Shown here: in pieces, positions 42,334 to 44,188 of the stretch
Layout: each line of letters begins with the position of its first letter
Numbering within the stretch: the first letter of the stretch is position 1
NCBI GenBank assembly: GCA_035506455.1
Contig: DATJPJ010000080.1
Location: forward strand, 1-44,188
Source: Candidatus Nanoarchaeia archaeon
Lineage (GTDB): Archaea; Thermoproteota; Bathyarchaeia; Bathyarchaeales; Bathycorpusculaceae
Direction of reading: 5' to 3'
DNA length: 44,188 nucleotides
Notes under the pieces: model-generated
Database searches by the model: none
Told to the model about the DNA's origin: nothing
What the model saw: the letters and a program-made list of their open reading frames with translations, nothing else
Translations under genes and position numbers: made by a program

Positions 42334-42577
42334 ATCGTCACCAGGTTCTCTCAAGCAAGAGACTCTGCCCAATGCGTGGGTCGTGGCACTCGTTTCCCAA
42401 GACCTCGAGTGTGACGGTTTGTCCAACTTGCGTAGTTCCCGTTGTGCGCAGCTCGCATATATAACTTTAGGATTTTCTTCGACAAAGCCGCACAAGGTAT
42501 TGTCATGTCAGCTGCAACGCGATAATGGTTCCAACCAAGCTCGATCTCCCGCACGCTCTTTTTTGAAAATTGAGTTT

Positions 42578-42606
42578 GTGTTGCCTAGGGCAGGGTTTGA
42601 ACATGC
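42578..42606. repeat. 29-nt imperfect copy (27/29) of the 3' end of tRNA-Phe (T-arm + acceptor 3' strand + CCA region)
   Basis: GTGTTGCCTAGGGCAGGGTTTGAACATGC here compares with GTGGTGCCGAGGGCAGGGTTTGAACATGC at 43372-43400. Confidence 0.75.
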
Positions 42607-42685
42607 AAAATCTCAAGTTTTTCGTCGGATTAAGATTTATTTGTATTAAACTAAGGATTAGGCGACGTGTATTTTTTAGTAGAAA

Positions 42686-43018
42686 TTAGGTTAATTTCAG
42701 TTTGAAATCGCTTCTTACCGATTTTATGTTTGTGAAGTGTTGATCAAGAGTGCATAGTGTCAGGTCTCTTCTGATGCACATTGCGGCAATTAGTAAGTCA
42801 ATTGCTGGCAAGGGCTTGCCCTTTTTGAGCAGAGCAACAGAAATTCTTAAGCTTTCGTCGTAGTCATCAATTGTTGGATAGATCACGTCTAACTCTTTGA
42901 GCTCAAGAGCTTTTGGGAATTCAATTATGTTAAATATGGTTGTTAGGCCTTTGAATTCGGTCTTGTTAGCTTTGAGGTGATTTATTAGCTGGTTTGTGTC
43001 GTAGACAATCTCTTCCAT
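42686..43018 (-). CDS. vapC: PIN-domain toxin VapC
   Basis: 110 aa with acidic PIN residues in IVYDTNQ, DLLIAA and TLDQHF. Confidence 0.8.
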   Translation of the reverse strand: MEEIVYDTNQLINHLKANKTEFKGLTTIFNIIEFPKALELKELDVIYPTIDDYDESLRISVALLKKGKPLPAIDLLIAAMCIRRDLTLCTLDQHFTNIKSVRSDFKLKLT

Positions 43019-43263
43019 TCCAGCTTCCTACCTTTTTCGTATTGTTCAGTTGCGTTATCGAGGGTTATGTCGGCAAAGTCTAGGTTGGACTCTTTTAGCA
43101 TAATTGCTAGTTTGCTTGAAGGCAAGACTCCCCTTTCCACTATTTCCATTTTGTTGATGTAGTCTGCAATGGACTTTCTAACGACTTCGCTCCATTTCAC
43201 TTCTGAATGCCTCTTCATCTTTTCGCAGAGCTCTGAAGGAATTGAAATTGTCATATTTGTCAT
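42985..43263 (-). CDS. vapB: ribbon-helix-helix-type antitoxin (VapB-like)
   Basis: MTISIPSELCEKMKR...WSEVVRKSIADYI fits a strand-helix-helix fold. It lies upstream of vapC and overlaps it. The ATG at 43263 is chosen because the track start 43269 is a TTG. Confidence 0.65.
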   Translation of the reverse strand: MTNMTISIPSELCEKMKRHSEVKWSEVVRKSIADYINKMEIVERGVLPSSKLAIMLKESNLDFADITLDNATEQYEKGRKLEWKRLSTTQTS

Positions 43264-43269
43264 GATCAA

Positions 43270-43310
43270 ATTTAAGTAAAAATAAATATTTAAGGATTTT
43301 TTACTTAAAT
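43270..43310. promoter_or_regulatory. 13-bp perfect inverted repeat ATTTAAGTAAAAA/TTTTTACTTAAAT with A/T-rich spacer, immediately upstream of vapB
   Basis: The arms lie at 43270-43282 and 43298-43310. This is the classic position for an antitoxin autoregulatory operator. Confidence 0.5.
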
Positions 43311-43372
43311 GCCTTTTGAAAGAAGAAAAAATTCTTGAGCGAAAAAGTGGACATGTTGCCGGTTAAAAATTG

Positions 43373-43449
43373 TGGTGCCGAGGGCAGGGTTTGAACATGC
43401 GACGACTCGGTCTTCAGCCGAGCGCTCTCCCAGGCTGAGCTACCTCGGC
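43373..43449 (-). tRNA. tRNA-Phe (anticodon GAA), CCA encoded
   Basis: Hand-folded. The arms are acceptor GCCGAGG/CCTCGGC, D-arm GCTC-AGCCTGGGA-GAGC, anticodon arm CTCGG-CTGAAGA-CCGAG and T-arm GCATG-TTCAAAC-CCTGC. The T-arm has one U-C mismatch. The fold ends with discriminator A plus CCA. Confidence 0.9.
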
Positions 43450-43709
43450 ACCTATTGGGGTGTTTTGGATACTTTTTGAGAGCGCCATACAGTGAATGTT
43501 AGTCAAGTTTATTTACGTTTTCATAAGAAAATCTGTTTGGTATCTCTGGAGATGTTTTCGTTTAATTTGCTTAATTTCTTTAGTTTGTGAATTTGTTACA
43601 GGCCTTAACGGAGAATTCATTTTCGGTATTTTCATAGTTCTTAAGTTGTATACCAATTACAGAAAAAGGTTCTTTCTAATTTTCCAAAAAATGAGGAAAG
43701 GTTGGGTTG

Positions 43710-44188
43710 TTAAGAGACACTAAAGCTTGTTGTTGCGGTGCCTGTTTGGTATCCGGTTTTTGACGCGGTTGAAGTTACCGTGTAAGATCCTCTGGTTGAG
43801 AAGCTGGAGCTTGTTCTGTAGCTAAGGGTTAGAACTCCATTAGCATTGGTTGTTCCTGAGCCTGTCCAAACAACAGTGCCGCGTGGACCTTTAATCGAGA
43901 CTGTGACTGTTGCTCCTTGAACGGGGTTTGTTCCGTCTGTAACAGTAGTGGTGATGGTTGCTGTCGAACCGCGGGAATAAGTGCTTTTGTCGGTTCCAAC
44001 TTTTGCTACCAGATTGTTCGGGGTGGATGGCTTGGCGGATGTTTCTGTGGATTTGGGTGATTCGCCTGCGGCGTTTACTGCGGTTACTTGATAGTAGTAA
44101 GTTTGCCCGTTTGTCAATGATGAGTCCGTGTAAGTTAGCTGACTTGTCGATTTAAAAACCGTTCCTCCTTCACCGCCTGACGTGGTGC
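43710..44188 (-). CDS. FN3-domain / Ig-like surface protein, C-terminal part (5' end outside window)
   Basis: The frame stays open to the window edge (…TTSGGEGGTVFKSTSQLTYTDSSLTNGQTYYYQVTAVNAAGES), an FN3 hallmark. The track start 44117 is an internal TTG. Confidence 0.8.
   Translation of the reverse strand, partial: TTSGGEGGTVFKSTSQLTYTDSSLTNGQTYYYQVTAVNAAGESPKSTETSAKPSTPNNLVAKVGTDKSTYSRGSTATITTTVTDGTNPVQGATVTVSIKGPRGTVVWTGSGTTNANGVLTLSYRTSSSFSTRGSYTVTSTASKTGYQTGTATTSFSVS

Larger units (their letters stand above)
42578..43400. mobile_element. putative remnant of a tRNA-Phe-integrated element carrying only vapBC
   Basis: Direct repeats of the tRNA 3' end bracket about 0.77 kb that holds the TA pair. 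No integrase is present. Confidence 0.35.

Noticed and set aside
43373-43449. Concern that the U-C mismatch in the T-stem makes the tRNA-Phe a pseudogene.
   Set aside because: All other stems are perfect. The D-loop, T-loop and anticodon loop have canonical sizes and conserved residues, and a single T-stem mismatch is tolerated in genuine tRNAs.

Overview
The window reads as a densely packed archaeal chromosomal segment. Supporting signs are the archaeal GHMP-type shikimate kinase, the AroA'/AroB' shikimate entry route, PriS primase, a zinc-type ferredoxin and GGTGA-type Shine-Dalgarno sites. The lineage guess (a TACK/Bathyarchaeia-like anaerobe or microaerophile) is inference only.

Gene map:
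- 110-5581 (-): one translationally coupled operon, aspartate kinase, ADH synthase (AroA'), dehydroquinate synthase II (AroB'), AroD, AroE, shikimate kinase.
- 6724-9529 (-): the three-gene sulfide-dependent homocysteine module, COG1900+CBS, NIL-ferredoxin and COG2122/UPF0280.
- 9410-10203: an unusual gene-free stretch of about 0.8 kb, full of direct repeats, dyads, phased AATGTTC iterons and a G-quadruplex motif.
- 10204-21943: rubrerythrin, Fe/Mn SOD, zinc-ferredoxin, a compact PriS, a thiol-redox trio, endonuclease III and a Bcp-type peroxiredoxin. The trio is a class-I disulfide oxidoreductase, a CxxC glutaredoxin-like protein and an FTR-catalytic/rubredoxin fusion. Three exported stalk-anchored surface proteins are interspersed (11917-16334).
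- 21989-30817: housekeeping and accessory genes, namely nucleoside phosphorylase, MFS transporter, MBL hydrolase, nitroreductase and an MMPL/RND transporter.
- 31220-31450: a lysine-rich protein built from 11-residue repeats.
- 31451-32912: an AT-rich, low-coding stretch of about 1.4 kb that holds only micro-ORFs.
- 33454-38290: a flavodoxin-fold/Fe-S redox cluster with an ArsR-DUF1724 regulator.
- 38407-42333: a surface protein of about 1300 aa with a PQQ-like beta-propeller.
- 42578-43449: a vapBC pair bracketed by tRNA-Phe(GAA) and a 29-nt copy of that tRNA's 3' end.
- 43710-44188: a 5'-truncated FN3-domain protein running off the window edge.

I recognised no rRNA, CRISPR array, transposase or integrase. 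The ORF track uses TTG/GTG as M at the most upstream position. Several starts were therefore moved to internal ATGs that have GGTGA/GGAG sites upstream.
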